Of a stretch of DNA of 31,539 nucleotides, positions 7,824 to 15,700 are shown in pieces. Every line of letters begins with the position of its first letter. Within the stretch, counting starts at the first letter, position 1. The position numbers and the translations under genes are program-made. Below the pieces are notes generated by a model that searched no databases, was not told where the DNA came from, and saw only the letters and a list, made by a program, of their open reading frames with translations. Source of the stretch: a virus (lineage: Duplodnaviria; Caudoviricetes); the IMG/VR virus record IMGVR_UViG_3300046010_010811, positions 1-31,539 of that record; one strand, 5' to 3'.

Positions 7824-9623
7824 ATGGCACTCATTACCTCTGCCGCAAGCGGCAACTTTAATGCGGGCGCAACATGGGTGGGTGGCGTTGTTCCTACCAC
7901 AGGCGACGAGGCTCGCGCCTCCACGGGTCACACAATCACGATCACCGCAAGCGTAACTTGCACCGAGTTGAGCAATGCAGGCACAGGCACATACGTTCTC
8001 AACAACGGCGTCACGCTTACGGCAAACGTCACGAACAAGAGCGCGACAAACACCGTGAATTGCCTTACTTTTTCTGCGGCTTTACCCGCCACGGCAACGA
8101 TCGTGGGAAACATCACGGGCGGCACTCCAACCGGTGCTGTTGCCGTCAATAATTCTGGGTCTGGAACTCTGACCGTGACAGGCAATATCATTGGCGGAAG
8201 CGGTAACTCCACCTTTGGAATCAACAACACGGGAACAGGCTCAGTAAATGTAACCGGGAATGTAAACGGCGGCTCATCAGTTTTAGCTCATGGCATCAAC
8301 AACAATTCCATAGGCATAGTCTTAGTGACAGGCAACTCTACGGGCGGCACAGGCAGCGGAAACCAGCCGCACGGAATCAACAATGTAACAATCGGCACCA
8401 TCACTTTAACTGGCAGCGTCACAGGTGGAATCAGCACCGGTGTTCCGTCTAACGGTATAATGAATGCTTCGACTGGAACGCTCACGGTGACAGGTGGTGA
8501 AATTACCGCGACAGTTGCCGCCGCCGCTATTGTCTCCCGCACAGGAACAAATCGCATATCTGGCAGTTTAATCTCAGCGATCAACGGCAATCTCCCCGTC
8601 GATGCCGTCCGATTCATCACGCTGACCACCCCGGCTGCTGCCAAGACCCGCTACGCGCTCAACGGCACCGGCACTTATGTGGATATGTTCACCGCCGACA
8701 ACTCGCTCGGTCAAGCCAACCCGAGCGATGTCCGAACCGGCGTGAGCTACGCCAGCGGCAACCTCACTGGCACTCTCACCGTCCCCGTGCGCGGCACGAT
8801 CAGCTACGGCGTCACCTACGGCCCAGCCATGCCATTCACCGCAACCCGCAGCGGCACGACAGCCACGGCTACGCTGGCCTACAGCTACCCCTACCAAGTC
8901 GGCGACACCTTCACGGTCACAGGCGCATCGAACCCAGAGTGGAACGGCGACTACACGGTGGCCTCGGTCGTTTCCGGCACCTCGGTCACCTTCAGTGTGC
9001 CAGCCACCCTTCCAGCCTCGACCAGTTCGGGAGCCGTGCTACAGACCAAAGGCACTGCCGTCCTAGACGGAGCCAGCGTTGCCTCTGCCGTCTGGAGCGC
9101 CGCCACGCGCTCCATAACCGGCGGCACGGTCGATACCCTAACCAACCCGCCGACCGTGCCAACGGTCGTCCAAATTCGCCAAGAGATGGACAGCAATTCC
9201 ACCAAGCTCGCAAACCTCGACGCCACCGTCTCAAGCCGCCTCGCTCCAAACGGCACTTTGGCAACGGTTACAACATTGACCAACGCGCCGACCGTCCCAA
9301 GTGCAACCGATATTGCCACACAGGTCCGCACCGAGCTATCCACCGAACTCGGCCGCCTCGACGCCACCGTCTCCAGCCGCCTCGCCTCCGCCAGCTACAC
9401 CGCACCAGCAAACAGCGACATCTCGGCCATCAAAGCCAAAACCGACAACCTGCCCGCCTCACCAGCAGCAACCGGAGACATCCCTACAGCCGCGCAGAAC
9501 GCCACCGCCGTCTGGTCTAAACCGGCAAATGAATTGACGGTGGCAGACTCCATCGGTGAACGCGCCAAGCAACAAAGCACGGTAGCAATTACCGGTGCGC
9601 AACTGGCCGCCGCCCTCAGCTAA
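7824..9623 (+). CDS. Tail fibre/spike with Gly/Thr/Asn beta-helix-like repeats
   Basis: 599 aa; SAASGNF..GATW.GGVVP N-terminus; repeated NNxxxGTLTVTGNxxGG units; repeated LDATVSSRLA. Confidence 0.7.
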   Translation: MALITSAASGNFNAGATWVGGVVPTTGDEARASTGHTITITASVTCTELSNAGTGTYVLNNGVTLTANVTNKSATNTVNCLTFSAALPATATIVGNITGGTPTGAVAVNNSGSGTLTVTGNIIGGSGNSTFGINNTGTGSVNVTGNVNGGSSVLAHGINNNSIGIVLVTGNSTGGTGSGNQPHGINNVTIGTITLTGSVTGGISTGVPSNGIMNASTGTLTVTGGEITATVAAAAIVSRTGTNRISGSLISAINGNLPVDAVRFITLTTPAAAKTRYALNGTGTYVDMFTADNSLGQANPSDVRTGVSYASGNLTGTLTVPVRGTISYGVTYGPAMPFTATRSGTTATATLAYSYPYQVGDTFTVTGASNPEWNGDYTVASVVSGTSVTFSVPATLPASTSSGAVLQTKGTAVLDGASVASAVWSAATRSITGGTVDTLTNPPTVPTVVQIRQEMDSNSTKLANLDATVSSRLAPNGTLATVTTLTNAPTVPSATDIATQVRTELSTELGRLDATVSSRLASASYTAPANSDISAIKAKTDNLPASPAATGDIPTAAQNATAVWSKPANELTVADSIGERAKQQSTVAITGAQLAAALS

Positions 9624-9805
9624 TGGACACCCACCAAGCCACAGCCAGCTTCACCGGCCTCCTCGCCACCGCGACGGGGCTCACGGTGTCCATGCTCCCA
9701 GAGCTCGAAGCCTGGCTGCGCATAGCCTCTCTGCTCATCGGCTGCTTGGTCGGTCTCGCATCCCTCTACGCCATCCTCAAAAACAGAAAACACCCCCATG
9801 AATAA
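9623..9805 (+). CDS. Small membrane protein (holin/antiholin candidate)
   Basis: 60 aa with two hydrophobic stretches and a basic C-terminus; first gene of the lysis cluster. Confidence 0.55.
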   Translation: MDTHQATASFTGLLATATGLTVSMLPELEAWLRIASLLIGCLVGLASLYAILKNRKHPHE

Positions 9806-9965
9806 CATCCTCGCTCGTCTCAAAGAAAAATCCACCTACGCTGGCCTCGCCGCACTACTCAGCGCCTTCGGCCTAGTCATCGACCCCGCTTTGTTTGGTC
9901 ATGCCAGCACGATCCTGATCTCCCTCGTTGGCCTCTACGAAATTGTCCGCCGGGAAAAGAAGTAA
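9798..9965 (+). CDS. Holin-like protein (55 aa, not in the ORF track)
   Basis: Translated by hand: MNNILARLKEKSTYAGLAALLSAFGLVIDPALFGHASTILISLVGLYEIVRREKK; two TM segments, basic C-terminus; overlaps both neighbours. Confidence 0.65.
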   Translation: MNNILARLKEKSTYAGLAALLSAFGLVIDPALFGHASTILISLVGLYEIVRREKK

Positions 9966-10132
9966 TGTTGCACCCCGCCCAGATCGTCACCGGCCTGCTC
10001 GCCACTGCCTTTGCCGTAGGAGCCCTCCTGCTCCTCGGTGGATGCAGCACGCTGGGCATCTCGCTCCAGACGGACTACGGGCAATTCAGCTACACGCTGC
10101 CGGAGATGCCCAAGCCGACTTCCTCAAAATGA
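9965..10132 (+). CDS. Small lipoprotein, spanin-like candidate (55 aa, not in the ORF track)
   Basis: MLHPAQIVTGLLATAFAVGALLLLGGCSTLGISLQTDYGQFSYTLPEMPKPTSSK; lipobox LGGC; TAATG overlap with the holin-like gene. Confidence 0.55.
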   Translation: MLHPAQIVTGLLATAFAVGALLLLGGCSTLGISLQTDYGQFSYTLPEMPKPTSSK

Positions 10133-10154
10133 CTCATAAAATTTAATCCTCCCC

Positions 10155-10700
10155 ATGCTCCCCCCGAGCCGCCCACAACAAGCGAAATCCAAGACGCAAG
10201 CCCTGCTCACCAAGGCCCGCGTGGATGATGCCGTGGCGCTTGTGGGCATTCGAGGCTACTACCGCGACAGCATGGGCGAAGTCGGTAAGAACGACCGAGG
10301 CATCTACGACGACGCCATCTTTCTCGTTAGCCCAAACGCCTACGCAACCTTCAACGCCAACACCGATCCCTCGATCCGCCGCAAAGGCATCGCTGTTCTA
10401 AAGCCTGGCGTGCATCGCTACCGCAAGGGCAAGCATGGCCTCAGTAAGCCCGGCGGCGGCTATCCCGCCCTGCGCCCCGCGAACCCCGCCGAAGAACTCC
10501 CCGTGACCCGTGACGGCCAAGGCGACAGCATGGGCATCGCCCTCAACATCCACAAAGGCGGCTTCCGCACCACCAGCAGCGAAGGCTGCCAGACCATTTA
10601 CCCCAGCCAGTGGGAGTCTTTCATTTCCCTGGTCTATTCCGAAATGGACCGCGCCGGGCAGAAGACAATCCCTTACCTGCTCGTCGAGGAGGAAGCATGA
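10155..10700 (+). CDS. Putative endolysin with L,D-transpeptidase (YkuD)-like His/Cys motif
   Basis: NIHKGG....SSEGCQ matches the HxG...SxGC catalytic pattern; follows the holin and lipoprotein genes. Confidence 0.6.
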   Translation: MLPPSRPQQAKSKTQALLTKARVDDAVALVGIRGYYRDSMGEVGKNDRGIYDDAIFLVSPNAYATFNANTDPSIRRKGIAVLKPGVHRYRKGKHGLSKPGGGYPALRPANPAEELPVTRDGQGDSMGIALNIHKGGFRTTSSEGCQTIYPSQWESFISLVYSEMDRAGQKTIPYLLVEEEA

Positions 10701-10927
10701 GCGCCAAACGCAAGCCCGCCACCCGCAAAGCCGTGCTGGAGCGCATCCGAAAAGAACTCGTCGAGCAATTTGATGTCGGTCTCGCAGTGGTTTCTTGGGA
10801 AGAAGGCGGCACGACCTACCACATGGATTTGAAATTCGGGAACCAATACGCCGTCGAAGCACTGGCAGATAGGACCAGCGACATATTGTTCCCGTTTGAA
10901 GACGAAGAAGAGGAGGAAGAAGTATGA
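10697..10927 (+). CDS. Hypothetical protein (76 aa), basic N-terminus and acidic C-terminus
   Basis: MSAKRKPATRK...EDEEEEEEV; ATGA overlaps at both ends. Confidence 0.65.
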   Translation: MSAKRKPATRKAVLERIRKELVEQFDVGLAVVSWEEGGTTYHMDLKFGNQYAVEALADRTSDILFPFEDEEEEEEV

Positions 10928-11931
10928 AAACATCCTGGAGTTCCATAGCCCGCGAGCAAGCGGACAAAGCGCACAAGACCGAAGTCGATGCGCTCAAAGC
11001 CAAGCTCGCGCAATACCAAGCCAGCGTCGAGTCGTTGGAGAAGCAACTCGGCATCGCGCTCTCGCTCGGCAAGACACGCATCCGTCCCCAGCCCCTCACC
11101 GTCTCGATGAACGACAAGGCCGAAGCTGTCGCCATCGCGCTTGCCAGCGATTGGCATGTTGAGGAAACCGTCGAGTCCGCCTCCGTCAACGGCCTCAACG
11201 AATACCGGCTCCCCATCGCCAAGACCCGCATCGAGAAATTTTTCTCCACCATCGCCCGCCTCACCGAGATCGAGCGCCACGGAGCCAAGATCGACGACCT
11301 CATCCTCTGGCTTGGCGGCGATTTGATGACCGGCATGATTCACGAAGAGCTTGCCGAATCGAATAGCAAGACGCCCACGCAAGTCATCCTCTGGCTCCAA
11401 GACCGCCTCGCAGACGGCCTCGCCACCCTCAAGCCGCACTTCAAACGCATCCTCATCCCGACCAGCTACGGCAACCACGGCCGCACCACCGTCAAACCGC
11501 GCCACGCCACCGGAGCCGCCCACAGCTACGAATGGCTCCTCTACCGCATCCTCGAAGGCCGCTTCCACGACGACCAGCAAATCGAATGGCAGATTGCGGA
11601 TTCCTACTTCAACTTCATGACGGTCTATGACCGCCGCCTGCGCTTCCACCACGGCGATGGACTCAAATTTCAAGGCGGCATCGGGGGCCTCACGATCCCT
11701 ACCGAAAAAGCAATAGCTTCATGGAATAAGTCGCCGAACCGAGCCGACCTTGATCTATTCGGCCACTGGCATCAATACCAGCAGAACCGGCACTGGCTCT
11801 GCAACGGGAGCCTCATCGGCTACAACGCCTACGCCCTCTCGATCAAAGCCAGCTTCGAGCCGCCCACGCAGACCTATTTTCTGCTCGATAAGAAACGCGG
11901 CCGCACCATGACCTCCCCCATCTACCTATGA
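10924..11931 (+). CDS. Calcineurin-like metallophosphoesterase
   Basis: All metal-binding motifs present: SDWH, GGD, GNHG, HHGD, GHWH; N-terminal coiled coil. Confidence 0.85.
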   Translation: MKTSWSSIAREQADKAHKTEVDALKAKLAQYQASVESLEKQLGIALSLGKTRIRPQPLTVSMNDKAEAVAIALASDWHVEETVESASVNGLNEYRLPIAKTRIEKFFSTIARLTEIERHGAKIDDLILWLGGDLMTGMIHEELAESNSKTPTQVILWLQDRLADGLATLKPHFKRILIPTSYGNHGRTTVKPRHATGAAHSYEWLLYRILEGRFHDDQQIEWQIADSYFNFMTVYDRRLRFHHGDGLKFQGGIGGLTIPTEKAIASWNKSPNRADLDLFGHWHQYQQNRHWLCNGSLIGYNAYALSIKASFEPPTQTYFLLDKKRGRTMTSPIYL

Positions 11932-12368
11932 CCTGGAAACACCTCGCCAAAAAGTCCAACTCCCTCCCGCCCGGCTGGAGCACCGCCGACGAAATCGCCG
12001 CCGACCTCGACTGCGAACCAAGCGAAGTCCCAAAAATCCTCGCCGCCTCGATCCGCGACGGCCTCGTCGAGAAACAAAACTTCCCCCACTGGCAACCCGG
12101 CAGCCGTCAACTCCTCTACCAGACCGGCTACCGGCAAAAGACCGGCAAGGTTATCTCGGAAAAAAGCCCACAAGTTTCTGACAAAACCCCAGACTCCATC
12201 CCCGGCATCCCCGACGATTTGCTGCCAAAAGTGCGAGACAAAATCCTCGCCAACCCGCACAAAACCGCCAGCGCGATCAAGGACCTGTTTTCCACAAACA
12301 ACCGCATGCGCCTAAGCGTAGCCGCCATCCGCAGCCTACTTGACAAGCCTCCGCAGAATAGAAGGTAG
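11928..12368 (+). CDS. Hypothetical protein, possible DNA-binding (HTH-like)
   Basis: 146 aa, ATGA-coupled; WSTADEIAADLDCEPSEV resembles a helix-turn-helix. Confidence 0.55.
   Translation: MTWKHLAKKSNSLPPGWSTADEIAADLDCEPSEVPKILAASIRDGLVEKQNFPHWQPGSRQLLYQTGYRQKTGKVISEKSPQVSDKTPDSIPGIPDDLLPKVRDKILANPHKTASAIKDLFSTNNRMRLSVAAIRSLLDKPPQNRR
12339..12363 (+). promoter_or_regulatory. CTTGACA-N8-CAGAATAGAA motif (putative late promoter/operator, copy 2)
   Basis: TTGACA 12340-12345 and CAGAAT 12354-12359, just upstream of ATG 12369. Confidence 0.4.
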
Positions 12369-14270
12369 ATGCCCGACGATCAGACCATAGTCGAAGGCGA
12401 TGCCGGATTCCTCGGCATGGCCTCCCGCCTCAACCCGCTGCAACTCCAGCCGGGCATGGTGCAGTATTGCGAAAACATGCGCCTCGACCGAGGCGTGGCG
12501 CAGACGCGCAAAGGCGCGAAGCGGCTGGGTGATGGCATATCGGCAGGCACGCAGCCTCTCACTCTTCCATTTGTGCTGGATGCCAATGCCCGCGTGCGCA
12601 CGATCTACTCGGGCGGCATCTTCGCCTCGGGCGTTTTCTCCTCGCCGAACTACGACGATGAAAATGAATACATCGTTCTCTGCGGGCCGACCTCGGCGTT
12701 TCTCTACCGGCAGGATGAGCCTATTGAGGAGATCAACTATCCCGCCACTGGGACAGCGGCCGACGAGATCATCGAGCCAACGGACAGCGTTTCGACGATC
12801 CAAGCGTTCAACCGCTTCTACCTCTTGCGCGAGGCTGACATGACGCTCCCAGCGTGGGATTGGAAATACACCACCGCCAGCGGCATCGCAGTCTCTGGCA
12901 CTACGGCCACCGTCCACATCACCGCCCATGGCCTCGCCGCCGGGCAGCGGGTGCGGATAGAGGAGGGGAGCCAAGCGGCATTCCAAGGGCATGAGTATGA
13001 CATCCTCACCGCTACGGCCAATGCCTTCACCATCGCCGTGCCCGCTGGCACATTGCCGGATGTCGCCGCCGACATCGCAATCCGCCGCGTCAAAGCCCCG
13101 CTGTGGTGGGATGGCTCGACGATGGACTTTCAACGCGCCGCCTCGGGCGTGCCTGCCGCAGGCGTGACCTTCAAGACCCTGCGCTCTGTGGGGTGGGCGG
13201 CTTACATCAATAACCGCCTGTGGATCCCCGATGGCCGCGACACCGTGGCCATCTCGGATGTTCTCGACCCCGACCTCTACGACCCTTTTTTCCAATCCTT
13301 CCGCGCCAACCAAGGCTCGAACGACTACCTGGTGGCGATTCACCCATGGGTGGAGGGGCAGGCCCTCGTCTTCATGCGGAACAGCATCTGGCTCGCCAAT
13401 CTCTCCGACACCAGCAACGCGACGGGCGACACCTTCACGGTGGACAGCGCCGTCTCCCGCCTAACTCTTCTCACCGACGAGATCGGCTGTGTCGCGCGGC
13501 GCTCGATCCAAACAGCTGGGCAATTTGTCTTTTTCCTCTCGGACGCCGGAGTTTACCGCCTCGACACCCAGCTCGACCTCAAGCTCCGAGCCAACACCCA
13601 GCCGCTCTCGGACCCCATCGCCGACCAGATCGACGAAATCAACAGCGACTACGCGCACCTCGCCGTAGGCCGTTGGTGGAACAACCGCTACTACCTCGCC
13701 GTGCCCATCGGCGAGAATGTCACAAGCAACAACACCCTTTTCTTGTGGAACGCGCTCAACTCGCAATGGGAAAGCCGCGACACCTACGCGATCAATCTCG
13801 ACGAGCTTCTGGTCGCCGCCTACTCCAGCCAACGCCGCCTCTTTGCAGCAAGCCGCGCCGGAACGCTCTTCCTGCTCGATGAGCTGGACTACGGCGACGA
13901 AGTGCCCTACGCCAACGCGCAAGAGCTCTACACCGAAATCCCCTCCGAACTCATTACCCGCCGCTACGGATGGGGGAGCCTCAATACCAAGCGCCTCACC
14001 CGAGCCAAAGCCAGCGTGCTCCTGCCAGACGCCTCCGCCTGCACGCTGGATGCCGTGACGACCGACTACGACGCGGACTTCCAAGTCGCCGCCCTGGAGA
14101 ACACCACCGGCGACGAGGAGGACTACACGCTCAAAGCCCCCCTGCGCTGCAAAGCCACCGGCCTCGACCTCCGTTTCCGCACGCAAAGCGGCCGACCCAT
14201 CCTCCGCCAGATCAGCGCCGAAGCCACCCGCTCCGCCCTCGACCCCACCGAAACCCGCACCCTCAACTAA
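12369..14270 (+). CDS. Tail nozzle / tail tubular protein B-like (DNA stabilization) protein
   Basis: 633 aa, beta-rich; GCVARRSI...VFFLSD.GVY and NRYYLAVP segments typical of podoviral nozzle beta-propellers; inserted AHGLAAGQRVRI module. Confidence 0.7.
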   Translation: MPDDQTIVEGDAGFLGMASRLNPLQLQPGMVQYCENMRLDRGVAQTRKGAKRLGDGISAGTQPLTLPFVLDANARVRTIYSGGIFASGVFSSPNYDDENEYIVLCGPTSAFLYRQDEPIEEINYPATGTAADEIIEPTDSVSTIQAFNRFYLLREADMTLPAWDWKYTTASGIAVSGTTATVHITAHGLAAGQRVRIEEGSQAAFQGHEYDILTATANAFTIAVPAGTLPDVAADIAIRRVKAPLWWDGSTMDFQRAASGVPAAGVTFKTLRSVGWAAYINNRLWIPDGRDTVAISDVLDPDLYDPFFQSFRANQGSNDYLVAIHPWVEGQALVFMRNSIWLANLSDTSNATGDTFTVDSAVSRLTLLTDEIGCVARRSIQTAGQFVFFLSDAGVYRLDTQLDLKLRANTQPLSDPIADQIDEINSDYAHLAVGRWWNNRYYLAVPIGENVTSNNTLFLWNALNSQWESRDTYAINLDELLVAAYSSQRRLFAASRAGTLFLLDELDYGDEVPYANAQELYTEIPSELITRRYGWGSLNTKRLTRAKASVLLPDASACTLDAVTTDYDADFQVAALENTTGDEEDYTLKAPLRCKATGLDLRFRTQSGRPILRQISAEATRSALDPTETRTLN

Positions 14271-14272
14271 CC

Positions 14273-15301
14273 ATGGCAACTCTCACTAAAGGCAAAACAT
14301 TCGTAAACGGCGAACTCGTCACCCCTGCCAACCTCCACCAGATGGTCGATGCCGCCACCGTCGCCAACATCGTCAACGCCGACATCGCCTCAAATGCCGC
14401 CATCGCCGACACGAAGCTCGCCACCATATCAACGGCCAACAAAGTCGCCCAATCTGCGGTTGCAAACCTCACGACCGACCTGGCTGGGAAAGCTGCTTCC
14501 TCGCACACGCACACGATTGCCAATGTGACCGGCCTGCAAACAGCGCTCGATGGTAAGCAAGCGTCTGGAAGCTATGCTCCTGCAACAGGCATCGCGCCAA
14601 GTGCCATCACTGGAACGGCCGTCATCACGACCGACTCCCGCCTCTCGGATGCGAGGACTCCGACCACGCATACGCACGACGACCGCTATTACACAGAGTC
14701 CGAGATGAATACTCTGTTGGCAGGCAAGCAAGCGTCTGGCTCTTATGCCGCTGCCACGCATACGCATTCCGCCGACGCCATTACCAGCGGGACTCTTGCA
14801 AACGCCCGCACCACCGCCACGAGCAGTAATTTACCCAATACTATTGTAGCTCGTAATAATTTTGGCGCCATACATATAGGTCTTATAACAGGTTTTTCGC
14901 CTGGGTCTAATAGTGGAATATACAATATAAATACATCGGAATTTGAATACATCGGCGGAATTTTAACCAACAGCACTAACACTGGCGTCATTTATAGCAC
15001 TGGCTCCGACCACCGGCTCAAAACCGACCTCGAAAAACTAACCGGCGCATTGGATCGTTTGTCGGCCTTGCCGGTCCACCGGTTCAAGTGGGTTGGCCAT
15101 CCTACCGCACCGAAAGTCGATGGCTTCCTAGCCCACGAAGCCCAAGCCGTTGTGCCCGAAGCCGTCACCGGCACCAAGGACGCCGTGGATGCAGACGGCA
15201 AACCCATCCATCAAGGCATCGACCAAAGCAAGCTCGTCCCGCTACTCGTCGCCGCCGTCCAAGAACTCGCCGCCCGCGTCGCTGCCCTCGAAGCCAAATG
15301 A
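14273..15301 (+). CDS. Tail fibre with C-terminal peptidase S74 intramolecular chaperone
   Basis: ATG 14273 (MATLTKGKTF); HTH-tripeptide fibre repeats; SDHRLK cleavage motif, GFLAHEAQ..VPEAV, IDQSKLVPLLVAAVQEL. Confidence 0.88.
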   Translation: MATLTKGKTFVNGELVTPANLHQMVDAATVANIVNADIASNAAIADTKLATISTANKVAQSAVANLTTDLAGKAASSHTHTIANVTGLQTALDGKQASGSYAPATGIAPSAITGTAVITTDSRLSDARTPTTHTHDDRYYTESEMNTLLAGKQASGSYAAATHTHSADAITSGTLANARTTATSSNLPNTIVARNNFGAIHIGLITGFSPGSNSGIYNINTSEFEYIGGILTNSTNTGVIYSTGSDHRLKTDLEKLTGALDRLSALPVHRFKWVGHPTAPKVDGFLAHEAQAVVPEAVTGTKDAVDADGKPIHQGIDQSKLVPLLVAAVQELAARVAALEAK

Positions 15302-15696
15302 CCCCCGCCCCCACCATGCTCCGCCCCGAGCCCTACCACGCGACCAAGCTCGCCGTGCGCCGCTCCCCGTTGCACCGGTGGGGAGTATTCGCCACCGCCC
15401 CCATCGCCAAGCACGAAGTGCTCGAGGAGGCCCCCTACGCCTGCGTGCCCAAGAAGCAACTCGCCAAAGCCCCGGCCTGTGAGACCTACAGCTACTATCT
15501 CGACGACGCCACCAGCATCATCGGCTTCGGCCTCGCTCCCCTCTACAACCACCACGACACCCCCAATGCCTGCCATGAGATCGACCAGGTAAACGAACTC
15601 ATGCGGCACTACGCCCTGCGCGACATCGCCGCAGGCGAAGAGATCACCCTCAACTACGGCGCAGAAAACGCCAAGCACTTCTTAGAAAAGGACTAA
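15298..15696 (+). CDS. SET-domain methyltransferase
   Basis: 132 aa from ATG 15298; SET motifs SPLHRWGVFA, YNHHDTPN and ALRDIAAGEEITLNYG. Confidence 0.88.
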   Translation: MTPAPTMLRPEPYHATKLAVRRSPLHRWGVFATAPIAKHEVLEEAPYACVPKKQLAKAPACETYSYYLDDATSIIGFGLAPLYNHHDTPNACHEIDQVNELMRHYALRDIAAGEEITLNYGAENAKHFLEKD

Positions 15697-15700
15697 TCCT

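Noticed and set aside
14820-15000. Diversity-generating retroelement variable region
   Set aside because: No reverse transcriptase and no template repeat seen in the window.
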